NCBI GenBank assembly: GCA_016748015.1
Contig: JAAOMT010000460.1
Location: 88,820 to 152,819, forward strand
Direction of reading: 5' to 3'
Length of the DNA: 64,000 bases
DNA from: Geosiphon pyriformis uo1
Lineage: Eukaryota > Fungi > Glomeromycota
Part shown: in pieces, positions 1 through 13,607 of the stretch
Position numbering within the stretch: position 1 is the first letter of the stretch
Layout of the letters: each line of letters starts with the position of its first letter
Made by a program: the position numbers and the translations under genes
Notes under the pieces: generated by a model
The model's input: only the letters and a program-made list of their open reading frames with translations
Database searches by the model: none
What the model was told of the DNA's origin: nothing

Positions 1-1040
1 CCCAAACACAGCAACACCTATATTAATTGGAATATTGATATAAAATACTTTGCACAATGTCAGAGATATCAGAGTAAAAATCAACTGCAGTTTTTTAAAA
101 AATGTCCTAATCATTATAAGTCATAAAATTTGATATGTAATATATATAGGCATGCAATGGCTTCCAAATTAATATGGCCATATGTTGTTTCTAAGAAAAA
201 TTCATCTGTTGAAAGTTACTTAGAATGGGCCCAAAATAAAACAGATCCCATGTTTAGATTAAAGTATGAACAAGTCTTTTTTTATTTACAAGCAATTATT
301 AACTTTTGCATTGGAGTTTGTTTCAATAGGTTTTCATTAAAACTTATGGCTAGACAAATGTTTGCACCAATTTGGTTTACTCGGCACCATCTTATTTACC
401 AATTAATTGAAATTGCTGATGAAGAATAATAGTTATAATTGAAGCCTAAAGTTTGCAAGCTGATTCAAGAAAGAATTGTAATTTCTTGATCTAAATTTTC
501 AAATCAACATCAAAGCCATGATGCAATACTTGAAAAATTTAACAAAACACTCAAATCATTAATTTTTTCTACACCTTTACAATGGCATTGGGAAATTGCA
601 GTGCATAACTGTATCAAATTTGAGAGATTGTGTACTAATCTCTTTAATGTCATCAAATATTCTAAAAGTGAAATATACAGGTCTTGTACACGTCCTAGCT
701 TTATTACTAAATTAAATCAATTTCGAGTTCAGATAAGAAAAACACAGTTTGTAAATCCAAATGTTTTTAATCATATTTTTCATGATATTGGCCATGAATG
801 AATATTAAGCAAAGAAATGAAAAAATTCAGTAAAATTACACAAATGAAAAGAATAGACTTTTTTAAAGCAAGACAAATTAAGAAAACATTGTTAAGTACT
901 TGGAAACCAATTTCAGTAACAAATGAAGAAGCAGATTATCAAAAAATATAAATCTGTTAATAAAATCACAACTATTATCTATTATTAACTCTTTAATACC
1001 TCTTTTAAGTGATCATGTTTTCAAAGCTTATCAAGTTAAT
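1..1040 (+). pseudogene. Degraded ORF of probable DNA-transposon origin (DUF6589/Dileera-like, tentative)
   Basis: One frame, broken by stops, links the ORFs at 130-429 and 601-801 through '...NQHQSHDAILEKFNKTLKSL...WHWEIA'. This resembles a DxxLExxN motif. CpG-depleted like the other repeats. Family call is from memory only. Confidence 0.35.
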
Positions 1041-1042
1041 CA

Positions 1043-1436
1043 TGTGACAGCCTAATAAATATCTTTTAAGAAGTTAGAAATATATTGTATTGTGTACAGT
1101 TTTGTTTATGTTAGATTGGGTACATTATCATTTATAATTGGTATTTTTAAAACATAATATGTTGATTCTAGGTCCGAATCTCCATTCTGCATGATTATGT
1201 TTGGATTATGAAAAACATTCAACACAGATTTATTTGCCCCAAAAAAGGTGATTTTTAATATATCTTTAAAACTATCAGTCAAACTTTTGCTTGCTAATAC
1301 TAAATATTGGTTGAATAATGAATATGATTGCTAGTATGGAGCTCTTTTTTAATTGTGGATACCAAAGTTGGTGTAAAAATGTATTTATTAGATATATATC
1401 AGAATTTTTATGTTCTGAGTTTTATTACTGATCACA
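1043..1436 (-). mobile_element. LTR (family D), probable 3' LTR of a minus-strand element
   Basis: Inverted termini TGTGA(1043)...TCACA(1436). On the minus strand it is immediately preceded by a polypurine tract AGGAAGAGAAA (1437-1447). No second copy in the window. Confidence 0.55.
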
Positions 1437-2229
1437 TTTCTCTTCCTAAGAAAAGGTAAATTTGAACTCTGTTTCTAGTTAATTTGCTTGAGCAATGTCC
1501 CATTAACAAACTTGTTCCCAGAAGATCCCATTGGGCCATTATTCTTATTTGTAGGTCTGTTAATTTCTTCTCCCAATACAGAAAAAAAATGATCTTGTTA
1601 GCCAAAGTTTGATCTAAAGTAACTTTATTAATATTCGCAGCAACAGTCTCCAAAGCACTACCAGTCTCTGAAGTACCACCAATCTTCAAAGCACTAAGAG
1701 CAATAGTACTGTACTATATGTCAACTATTATTAAAACTTTCATAATACCCACAAACAACAAACTAAATATAATAGTTTCATTATTGTCTTCTAATGATGG
1801 TGGTGGCTTATAAAGAAAAAGAGTAATTGAATATTGTAATATTTCAGAAATTTTGTTTAGTGTTCTACAATTGTTTCCAGAAACTTCTCTAATTTTTTTT
1901 ATTATCATAAAAAGAATAATTTCTATTGACAAATCGAGAAATTTTCCTAATTATACATGTCTAATTAAATATAAGATAACATCTAATGTTCATATCTAAT
2001 ATCATATGATTATAGTGTGACTATAGAGAATGAAAATTACTTATATTTTGCTATCATATTTGTGGGGATAGGGACTATAAGAAGATATATATAGTAAAAA
2101 TGATTATAAAGAGATAATATTATATATAAATGGTTTTGGTTTTTAAAAAAATGTGATTATAAGAAAATAGTGACTATAACCAGAGGAACTATAGAGAGAG
2201 TTTATTGTATAAATACTTTTAGTGTTTGT

Positions 2230-5200
2230 AAGATTTTGTTTTGTGTTTTATGATCTGAATAATTTTCAGATTGAACTGTTTTTTCAAATAATTCAAACTA
2301 GAGTTAATAGTCAAAATACTATTGTAATTAACAAAAATTAAGCAGTTTTTATACAGATAAATATTTATTTGTACAAAGTATTGTTCTTGGTTTTTTTGTG
2401 TTAGACAAAAGTTTCTAATAGTAGTTTTAAAATTTTTATAAAGGGTCTAAAAATTGTACTTAGTAATTTTTTGATAACTTCTGACAATGCTTTCTAATTT
2501 CTAATTTCTTTGGCTGTTTTGTCTTGTATGCTTGCTTTAGTTATATTATATAACTGTTTGGTATTATATAAATAATAGTATATGTGATTTAGAGCTTTAT
2601 TATAAATGATATTAAAGAGAGTTTTTTTTTTTATTTAGTTAGTAATAAGAATTATATATTAACAAGTAAGATTACATATAGCTTTTCTAATTTGTATATT
2701 AATCTAATTGTATTTATCAAGTAAAATTGTTCTACATATAATATAAGGAGTTTTGTCTCATTTTTCTGATTGTTTTGAATATTCATACATTTTTTTGTAA
2801 TATTAGTTACAATAATAGTGAATGATTTGTTGGTTATTTTTATATAAAGTAACACAAACTATTATAGAAAATAGTTTTTTCTAACAAACTGAATATTGTA
2901 ATCTTGATCAATAACTTTAGTAACATTAAAAGCAAGAAAAATGAAATAGTATAAAATTGGAAGTTTTATTAGTTTACACAAAAACAGGTAGTAGTTTTTT
3001 AGAGTTATTCTTGTTTTATGTAATCTAATATGTTTCAATGGCTTTTGTTTTCAACATTTCTTCAAATTCAAACTGGGGTAAATTGTTTATATAGAAATTT
3101 TTTTATTATGTTCACATATAGCAGATATTTGTCTTTGATATATAGTTGTAATTCTTGAATTGATTAATTTAAAGTAACATTTGCTTTTTCTAACCAATCA
3201 TTTCTAACTAATACTTAGTATTAAATTGTATTTATAACTAATATTTTAGTAGAAATAATTATTTTATTTATGTTGAAAAGAAAGGAGTCAATTTTTTTGA
3301 TTGGCATTTTCTTGGTTTTATTGATAGTAATGATAAAAATACTAATGTTTCTGTTAATTTAATAATCTAATTAATTTATTAGTTAAAAAGTAATAATGCT
3401 TTCTGTTAATTTATTGTTTAAAACCAGTTTGATAAATTTACTATCTAATTTTACTTTAATATATATGGTAGTAATTGGCTTATTTTTATTTAAAGTGTTC
3501 TGTTAAACAAAATAGAAATGAATTTTTTTCTTAAGTTTAAAAGGGAATATGACAGCTGATATTTTATAATTGATAATAATTGTAAGAAAAATTGTGCTGA
3601 TATTTTTATTAGTATTAATAATAAAATTTTCAATAGTACATATATTCTGATCTTTATAAAATACTATATTATCGAAATCTTATGGTTTAAGTAGGCTAAA
3701 AAATATTTATTAATAATATATAAAAATATTGTATTATCTATTTTAATTAGAGTTTTGTGATATTATTGTATTTGCTGCTGACTGATTCAAAAAGTTTGAA
3801 TTTAGAAGTAAGTAATTTTTTCTATAATTTGAATGTTAGGAGTATAGTCTAAAAGCTAATAATTATCATAATTGTTGTAGTAAAGCTGAATATTGTGACT
3901 AAACAGAACTTTATTGTTATAATAACTATTTTTGAGAATACTATAAAATTAGTACTAAATATCAATTCTGAGTATTATGTATTGATTATTAGAAGGTAGA
4001 TTTTACGAATTATTTCTTTGCAAATTTTAATAAAACTATAATAATCAATATTCAGCTTTGATATATCTGTGCTTTTAACAATAATAACATATTAATATAT
4101 TTTATTGGTTTCTATTTTTGTTTTAATAGCTGCAATTTTAAAGAGATGTTTAATTTTGCTATTGTAATAATTGATATTGGTTTTGTACTTAGAATTTGGT
4201 ATTGGCAAAATAACTTTTTATCTTTTAAGATAATTTTTTTTAAGTTGAACAATCTTGTTTTTTAGGTCTTTGGTATTATTGTTATTTATCACCAAATTTA
4301 CTATTTTATTATGATTAGTTTTTTTTGACAATATTTTAAACTAATATAACAGTTTAAAATAAATTTCTTAAGTATTATGGTTTTACTTATTCTAAGATAC
4401 TACTTTTTAAATTTTTTACAAACTAATTAAAAATTTAAGAGATTGTATAATAGTTGTTTTTTATAGTTCTAATTTGTTGTAAAACATAATTAAATCAACC
4501 AAAATATTTAGTTATTGTTTTACTAAGCTGTTGTTTTAATAGTATTAAATTTATTTTAGAGTTTAATATTAGTGTTAGAATTACAGAAATATTTTAAAAA
4601 TACATCTTAAAACTATACAAAAGTATCAAGTTTGGAATCTAAATTTTAATACCAGAAGTTGACTGTGTTTTTTAAAAAAAATATAAAGTTTAAAGACTAT
4701 AGACTTTATTTCAATTATTTACTAGAATTGTTTTTTGTGCTTCTTCAATTCAAGTATAAGTATTTTCTTTTTTTTCAGTAAAGTTGGTTAATTTTATAAT
4801 ATAAAGAGTGGCTATTTTTTGAAGATTTACAGATATTTAAACAAAAAAAGCTATAAATTCTGGTTTTAATTCACTTATGAATTTTTTTTTCTTCTAGTAT
4901 CTGTTTTTTGGATTATATTTAAATTCAAATTCAGATTCAAGTTCAGATTTAGATTCTCAAGCAGTCTAAAAGTTTGGTTGTAAAGATAATAGATTTAAAA
5001 ATTATAAAAAGTATTTTTTTAGAATAGATTTTTTAAAAAAAATTTTCTGAATAAAATATAAATATAGTTAGAAGTTTGGAAGTTGTTTTTGTAATAGATA
5101 AAAATATAGTTTTTAATAATATATTAATCTGGTTATCTGATAATAGATAATAGAATAAAACTTTTAATGATATAATCTAAAGTTTTTTTATATGATGAAA

Positions 5201-6000
5201 TTAGAATTTGTTGTTAATTTACAATTTTTTAATGAGATGTTTGTACTGGAGTTTTTAATTTTTGTTGATTATCTTAGTTATTGCTATTTTTTCTGTTTTT
5301 ATTAAAGGTAAGTAGAAAACTTTGCTTAATATATTTCTTAATTTTTTGGTAATATTTGTACTAAAGTTATTAGAAATAATTGTATGCTAAGTAGTATAGT
5401 GTGTTGAGTTTGTTTCTAATATAAGTTTTGTTTTTGTTCTTGGGATTCTGGATCTTACTTAAGTAAGTATTAAATTTGATAATATACATAGTAGTTAAAA
5501 ATTAATTTAGCTGGAAGACAATTATTAAATAATTTTAATCTTTCTTGAAATTAGTAATATAAATTTTGGCTAAAAAAATTAATGATTGTTACTGATTTTA
5601 TTACTTTAATCTATTGATTTATGTAATTAATTATTGTTTAAATTTAAGTAGCTTGGTAAATTTTTTTTAATTCTTAGTAAGTATTAAATAATTTCTTTTG
5701 ATAAGTATTTTTTTATTTGATTTAATGTTTTTGTGTAATATTTTTATTAAAATTGCTGTTGGTAGCCAATATTATGCTAATTTTCTAAGAAAAATTTTTC
5801 TCATATCCTTATATTTCTTATTGTGTTTTTCCTTAAAACTTTTACAAATATATTTTTTTTATATCATGTTAATATCAAACATCTGTATTTTTTTACTTGT
5901 AATAAAATAGTATTTTATTCCTAATAAATTCAAAGAGAATTAAAATTAAAAAGTAAAATTCAATAAAATTAGTATTTATAAAATAATTTTAATTAGAAAT
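2230..6000 (-). mobile_element. Heavily degraded Ty3/Gypsy internal region (gag, protease, Cys-rich spacer; RT/IN missing)
   Basis: Minus-strand translation gives a retrotransposon-gag-like block at ~4370-4800 (WIEEAQKTILVNN...FWY...FLKYF...FNTIKQ) and a protease block at ~3110-3480 (PITTIY...IKLVLNN...LVRNDWLEKAN). Both the protease and the 2230-3000 segment are homologous to 7440-8700(+). Confidence 0.7.
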
Positions 6001-6568
6001 TATTTTTTTCAATATGAAAAACTTATTCTAAATTTTTAAGTTGATTGTTAATTTTGGCCAAGATATTATTATAAATAATTTTTAAGTTATTTTATGTAGT
6101 TAATATTTTTTAATGTGTTTTCAATCTTATTAAATTTGAATCTCATTTATGTTTTATTGGTATATTAATGTTTTTATCATTGTTTTTATTAATAAAAAAG
6201 TAATAGTAAAAAAAAGATAATGATTTTTTAAGTTGTTTATGAAAGACCAAATTATAAAAAAAAAATCTTTAATTTTACTAATTTTAGTATTAGTAGATAT
6301 TATAATACAAAGTTTAAAAAACATATTTTTCAGTTTTTTTTGGAATTATAATTTAATTTTTTCACCTTTTTTTTGTTTATTTTGTCTAATTAACTTTTTT
6401 TATTTTTTATTATTCTCTATCTGTTATTTTTTTAGTTAGAAAACTATTATATATATATATATTTAAGTTATATATGATTATGTTTATTCTAACTAATTAG
6501 TAAGTAATTGTTAAGCTATTGGGTTTTTTATTTAATTGTAAGTACTTTTTGGTTTATTTGTTTATGAT

Positions 6569-6960
6569 CATAAAATTATTCTTATAATTTCTATTAATAA
6601 TTAGCATATATTATTATTATTTTAATTATTACTTATTATTTAATCAAATTATCAAATATTAATTAATAATCTAATTAGTATAATACACAATTTAATAATC
6701 AAATTATGCAATATATTGAACTTTATAATAATTAAAAATTTGCCAAATTTGTAAAATTTTGTAAAATATCTTAATAGTTTAACAAAATTATTTATAGTTT
6801 ATAGAAATAATTTATAGTTCATTAAAATATATCTTTAGTTTATCAAAATTATAATAAAAAAAAGTTTAAGTTTATAGAATAATATTACAACAAATTATAT
6901 AAAAAAAGATCTTTTTTTTTGAGAAAATATATTTTTTCTTACTATTAATCTTATTATATC
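6569..6960 (+). mobile_element. Partial LTR, family A (5' LTR remnant of the downstream Gypsy)
   Basis: Aligns to 13642-14020 (aattagcatatatta...tataaaa..aaag...gaaaatatat). Joins directly to late-gag sequence at ~6960, implying an internal deletion. Confidence 0.75.
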
Positions 6961-7439
6961 CCAATAATATAACAATCTATATACACATCTCCAATTTATT
7001 AAACTTTAATACTGGTAATTTATCAAGCTCTACAGTCACAGATAATTTATCAACTTCAACAAATTTAAGCACCACCACAAAATTTAGCTTAAATATTAAT
7101 TAGAAATCAAAGACCAAGAATCATTTATACACAACAAAACTGGAAATTAGTGATAGTAATATCCACTAATTAATTCTCAACTTCTTAAACCAGTTATTGA
7201 AATTACATCCCAAAAATTCAAAAAATAGGTATGTCCAAAATTCGAATTATCACAGCTATTTAAGCTTTTTAATTATAACAAAAGACAACTTATTAAATAA
7301 CTAAAAAACCAATTATAATTTACTAACTAACAACATATTATTAATAATTATTACAAAAAACAAATCACTAGCTATTATTTTTTTATTTGAGTTGGAAGAC
7401 CAATCAGAAATTCTATTATTTAATAAAGTTGCTTTAGAC

Positions 7440-7830
7440 ACCAAATTTATTACCATTATGTATATAGATATTAAAGTTGATAGTTACTTTATCAAATTTA
7501 TACTTGATAGTAATTCAACAGACAGCATCATTATTAGACAACTTATGAACTGATTAGGTTGCCAAGTTAATCAAACTGCCAGTACCAGAATTATAATTAC
7601 TAATAGAGCAATCAAAACTTCAATTGGCAAAATTGATAACTTTCCTTTTAAAGTCAATAGCATTATTACATTTATCAAAGTTTTGATAATAAAAGCCATC
7701 TAATATCAAGCTCTTATTGATAATAACTGGCTGTTCAAAACCAATGCTATATTCAACTAAAACACTCAAGAACTCTAACTAATATTTAATAGTTAGCATA
7801 TTCAAGTACCTGTTATTTGTAATTATTTTA
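7440..7830 (+). pseudogene. Retropepsin-type aspartic protease remnant (Gypsy A)
   Basis: MYIDIKVDSYFIKFILDSNSTDSII...KVLII...YQALIDNNWL. Catalytic DSG has become DSN, and LxGxDW has become LIDNNW, by G->A changes. Confidence 0.85.
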
Positions 7831-8919
7831 AAGCTTTTTTAAGAAAGCAATTATTGATTGAACTAGAAAAAAAAACCCCTATCTGAAAAGTTTATCAAGT
7901 TTTACAAACTGAAAACAAATACAATAAACTATTATTAATACTCTTCTGAAAAAAAAAGGAAGAAAATAATTTTTAAGTTATTACTATTACCAAAAAATTA
8001 GCCAGTGATTAACATATACTATACTTGATTTCAGAATCAAGAAAACAACTACTCTATATTCTACTTAAATACAAAGATTACAAGAAAAAACTTTTATTTA
8101 TAGAAGCTTAAATTTTATTAAAAAAAGACTACAAGACACATATCTGCTACTATTATTAAGTATACCACTAATAATGCTTTGGCTACTCAAAACAACAAGG
8201 AAAGTAAGACAATGAATCATGTCTTATTTGTGAAGAAACACTATTCAACAAAAAAATATAAAATAATATTCTTAGTCATAAAAGAATATATAATGCATCA
8301 TACCAATACATAATTTTCACAAATAACTAAATAAGCAAAAAAATGCCTTTTGAGATCATATAGAACTGAGCATTTTTATATTTGGATGATTATCTATACA
8401 ACAAAAATAAGATCTGGAGAATAGTAAATATTAAAGTCAAAGATATTTTACTTAGTAAAATACTTATAATCAAAACCAACTTACCAGAATTTGTTAATAT
8501 TATTCTCATTTCAAACTTAAATATATTCATTAATATTATAAACAATCCAAAACAATTTTATAAACATTACCAAGATTTAGCACTTACTAAAAAGAGCAAA
8601 AGCAGTATTTAGTATAATTAAACACTAAACTTTATAAATATTGTTTAATTTTCAGTAATTTTGAATATTGTAATGATTGTAATCTTATTTATAATTCATT
8701 ATTATACATGATTTATTTGATTCTTAAAAAAAAGAACTAATTAGCAATTGTATTTTAGAATCAGAATTAAAATTTAATTCTAATTTAGACTTTAACAATA
8801 ATGACAACCATAATTTTAATACTATTTACAATAGGAATCATAATAATAATAATAATTTAAACTCCAATTTTAATCCTAAATAATATATTATACTTCCAAA
8901 TTTTTCCAAAAAGCAGAAA

Positions 8920-9350
8920 CTTAAATAATTTAACAATAATAATAAGAGTATTATGTTAAAACATATATATAATACTGATGCAAAATTTGATCTCAAATAT
9001 TCTGGAAAAACTGCTATTAGATTAGAATTTTATTTACATATTAGCATTAATTTAAAAATAGCACTGGAAATTTTAGCAACAATAGTTTAATTAGCATTTA
9101 GATTTAATTTGACAAAAAAGAAATTAATATAAAAAAAAAATAATTAATATAGAATATATAGAAAATATTATTACAATGCTATAAAATGAATCAAAAAAAA
9201 CATACATAATTGAACTAAATGAAAAGATAGTACAGACAATATTCCTGTCTTTGGTAAAATAGCTTAATTAATATTAACAAAAACAAAAAAAGAATTAGGA
9301 ATTACAACAAGAGAAATAAATAGATTCGAATCTATAGATAAAATAAAAAT
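8920..9350 (+). pseudogene. Trimeric dUTPase domain remnant inside Gypsy pol
   Basis: Five dUTPase motifs in the right order and spacing after reverting transitions: DAKFDL (DAGFDL), LAFRFNL (LASRSSL), IINIEYIENI (IIDxGYxGxI), EKIVQ (EKIAQ), REINRFES (RGxxGFGS). Confidence 0.8.
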
Positions 9351-9779
9351 ACTAGTTAATATAACAGAAGAGAAAATAATTAATCAGAAAAAAATTATTT
9401 CTGCTTATTAATCAATTTTTATTTTACTATATAACCAATATATATTAACTATAGAAAAAAAAGTAAAAAATCAGTTCCAGATTTTTGAAGTTGAATCTAC
9501 CATTTGTAAATTAGAAAAATTATCATCACCAATTTTTACATACCAGCCAAAAACCATAAACACATTAAAATTCTAATACATAATATAATTAAAAACCTAA
9601 TAGAAATATCAAAGGAAATCATAATTAAATATTTAAGCACTGAAGTTAAAAATCAAGCACCAATTACTATTCCAAATTTTTCACAACTTTGTAAATATGT
9701 AGACATTACATCACTGACATCTTTGAAAATAAAAATAAATTTGGCAGAACTGATATCATTCAACATTAGATAAAAACTA

Positions 9780-11010
9780 AAGATATAATATCAATTAAAC
9801 AGAAAATATACTAAGTATCAACCACTAACTATAAGATCATTTATTAAAAAATTAACTGTATGTTAAACAATAGATTAATTCAATTATTAATAAGTTTATA
9901 GTTATTCCCAATAGTATTCATCTAGAAAAAGAATGGAAAAATTTATTTTTGTGTGAATTATAGAAAACTCAACAATATTACTCATAAAAACAACTATCTA
10001 ACTTTATAGATCTAAGAATTATTTAATACTTTTAGAAAAAAAAATAGTTTTTAACATTAAATTTAGATAGTAGTTACTAATAAATAACCATAAATTTAGC
10101 TAACAAAAAAAAGAATTTTGAATTTAATGTTATGTTTTTTGGCTTAACCAATGTTTCAGTTATCTTTCAATAACTAATAAAAATTGTCTATACTATATTA
10201 TTATAAAAATCAGTAGTAATCTACTTAAATAACACCAATATATTCTCTAAAACATTTAATAACTACTTTTATCATCTTCAGCAAATGTTTAAAAGATTAA
10301 GAAGAGTATGATTAAAGTTAAATACCACTAAATATTTATTTGAAAAAACTGAACTTATGTTTTTAAAACATATTGTGAGCAAAGATAACATCTAAACATA
10401 TTCAAAAAAAATTGAAATAGTTAAAAACTTTTTAGTTCCAACAAACTTAACAGAACTAAAAGCATTTTTGAAATTTTTTGGATATTATCACTGCTTTATT
10501 CAAAACTTTTCCAAACTGACTCAATTATTCTACCAATTCTAAGCAAAAAATATTAAATACAAATAGACTAAAAATTAACAAGAAGCTTTTAATATGCTAT
10601 AAAAAAAATTTATTTAAGCTTTAATATTAATTTATTCAGATTACAACAAATTATTTATTATTATCATTAATATATTTGGTCAAGTATTAGAAACAATACT
10701 ATTACAAAAAAAAGCTAATAAATAAAAACATCTAATGGCATATGTTAACTAAAGTTTAAGTTTAGCTGAAAAGAATTATAGAACTTTAACACTAAAATAT
10801 TTAACTATTTACTAATTATTATAAAATAGAAAAAATACTTAAATCAAAATTTGATATATATACTAATCACAAAGAATTAATATCAATCTAAAAGCAAAAT
10901 TTTTGAAACAATTGCCATATAAAATAGAAAATAGAACTATTTTTATTCAATTATATAATATATTATAAAAAAAAAAAAAAATGGGAATATTAACAGCTTG
11001 TTATGAATAA
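9780..11010 (+). pseudogene. Reverse transcriptase and RNase H remnant (Gypsy A)
   Basis: EFNVMFFGLTN (MPFGLTN), VIYLNN (YLDD), FLKFFGYYHCFIQNFS (FLGxxGYYRRFI), LSLAEKNY. Confidence 0.88.
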
Positions 11011-11199
11011 AACAAATTTAAAAAACATTTTAATCCAAAAATATAACAAAAGATGAACATACAAAAATACTAACAACTTTAATATTATATTAATACACAA
11101 CAGTTCAAAAAAAATTATTTTAAAAAGAACAAAACAACATAAAACAACAATCAAAATATTTTATCACTTATTAAAATATATTATATTCGAAAAACAGAA

Positions 11200-12170
11200 A
11201 AAATTCAGATTAAATACTTAAAGTAATTACAGAACCAAAAAAAAACAATACTTTTTAATATGTACTCAGTTCTAACTATAAAATATTTTTATAAAGAAGC
11301 AATTATAAAAAGAACCAAAAAAAGATATTATTAGTCATTAATATATTTAAATATTATCTAATATATTTAAAATTATAATGCTTATCAAAAAAAAGGAGAA
11401 ACAAGATTTAATAAACCACAAAGACCAATCAAGATAAAACAACTATTTAATCAAATTGAAATTAACTTAGTTAGACTATTAACTATAATCAGCAAAGACA
11501 ATTAATACATAATAGTAACCATAAAATATTTTACAAAATAACCAAAAGTTAAAGCAATTCAAAAAGCAGATGCAAAATTTGTAGCTAAATTCGTATATCA
11601 AGATTTAATTTGCCAACATAGATGTTTAAAAAAATTGTTATCAGATCAAGAAATTTATTTTATAAATAGAACATTGACAAAATTAAGTCAAAGATTTGGA
11701 ATAAAAAAACTATTATTATTATTATATTATTTTCAAACAAATAGCTTAGTTAAAAGATTCAACAGAATATTATGTAAAATAATAGTTAAGTTTAGCCAAA
11801 AAAACCAGAACAAATGAGATTTATTTATATCATCAGTATTATTTGTTTATTAAACAATAAAACAATCACATAAGCAATACTATTTAAACTAGTCTATAAT
11901 AGAACAACAATATTATCAATTAAAATAAAAATTAATACATATTCAATAAAACCAATAACAAAAGTTAATTTTCAAGAAATATTGTTGAAAAAAACATATA
12001 ACTTAATGAAAACTCTAAAAAACAAAAAATAAAAAACAGCTAATAATATATAAATATTACAAAAAAAACAAAAAAAATAACATAATAACCAGTTACTAAA
12101 TAAATCACTTAAATTTAGAATTGGAAACAAAGTATTCTTATATTATACTAAAGCAGAAAAACAATAGAGT
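11200..12170 (+). pseudogene. Integrase remnant (Gypsy A)
   Basis: FNQIEINLVRLL (GIDLVGPL), YFTK*PKVKAI, LLSDQEIYF (SDQGxxF), QTNSLVKRFNRIL (QTNGLVERFNRTL), FRIGNKVFL. Confidence 0.88.
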
Positions 12171-13607
12171 AAAAAACAATTATAATTATTAACATATCAA
12201 ATTGATTTATCAGAAAAGTATATAAAAAACCAACACATTGTTACTCATAAAGAAAACAAATATAGAAAAATAGTAGACTAATAAGAAAGTAGTAGTTAGC
12301 ACATGAGCACATTGCTCAGCAATGTAAGCATTGTTCAAAAAATTATAGCACATTGCTTAAGAATGTGAGTGATTTCATAAAACATAAATTAGGTATATAT
12401 AGCAGTAGTATTAGAAGCAGAAAAAACAGACTTTTTAGTTTAGATTTGATCCAAGTAACCTTACATATCACAAATATCAATAAATAATTATTCAATATCT
12501 CAAATTTACTCTTCACTATTAACACTTCATGTTAATAGTAATTGATACTTAACCATACTAGAACAATAGCTCTTGATTATGACTATTGACAAGATACTAA
12601 CATTCATTGTCTTAACTTATTTCTTTATTTTATTTTATTTTATTTTTTTTTGTTTTGTTATTTCTTGTTGTTTACTAATTGATTAAAGAATTAAAGCACT
12701 GAGTTACTAACATCAGAATATAGTGCTGGTAAAAAACCCAGGAATTAGGGTAGACACTCAAATTTGAGAATAGCTTATCAAGAGATTGCTGGCCACCATG
12801 CCAAGAAAAAAATTGATGGAATTGCAATTCTGAGAAGTAACAGACCATAACTATTAACTCACAGATTAATACTGAAAACACCATTTAAAGAAAATCACAT
12901 TGGAATCTCTGTCTATTATACAAAAAACTCAACCAAAACCTTCAGATACAGTTAATCTTTGAAAACCAACATCATTATATCAATTAAGCACCAAGTTATG
13001 GGTTTGTTATTTGCTTTGAGACCCGAAATAATTATCTGTAACAATATGTAATAAAAACAACAGAAAAGATAAAAATTACAAACAATATTAACTTTTTAGC
13101 TCAACAATTATTCTAATTTATTAAATATTAAAAACTAAACATAGAAATTACAATCAATCAACAAATTATACAATACAAAAACACAGAAAAAAAATCAAAA
13201 CTCCAATATAAAATATAACATAAAGTATATATAAAGTCCAAAAATATAGTAGATAATATAATAACAAAAGTAAAAATATTATTAAAAACACTAAAAACAA
13301 TAGTATTATATAAAAAGTTAACAGAAGAAAATTGAAAATAATGGACATAACAACTTCTTATAAACTTTTACTATTATGACTTAGAACAAAAACTCAATAT
13401 TCAGAACTTGTATACCAATAAAACAAAACAGATGTTTAATATAACAATATTACAACAAATAAAACAATTTGTAAAAAAAAACAATTTATTTACATAAGTA
13501 TAAACAATTTACTGATTACAAACAAGATTTCAAGACAATTCAGAAATATTATTACACTCAATAATAAATACTGTAATTATTAATTAATTAGAAAAAATTA
13601 TTAATGT

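Larger units (their letters stand above)
6569..13050 (+). mobile_element. Ty3/Gypsy LTR retrotransposon family A, degenerate: PR - Cys-rich module - dUTPase - RT - RNase H - IN
   Basis: Domain order PR-RT-RH-IN read from translated remnants. The 3' non-coding part (12500-13050) matches the sequence preceding the family-A LTR at 21401-22147. Confidence 0.88.

Noticed and set aside
2652-6439. Short hydrophobic I/F/L/K/N-rich ORFs here and elsewhere (e.g. 13166, 58199) as membrane proteins, or as organellar or endosymbiont DNA
   Set aside because: They are by-products of A/T-converted TE sequence and map onto Gypsy/LINE remnants.
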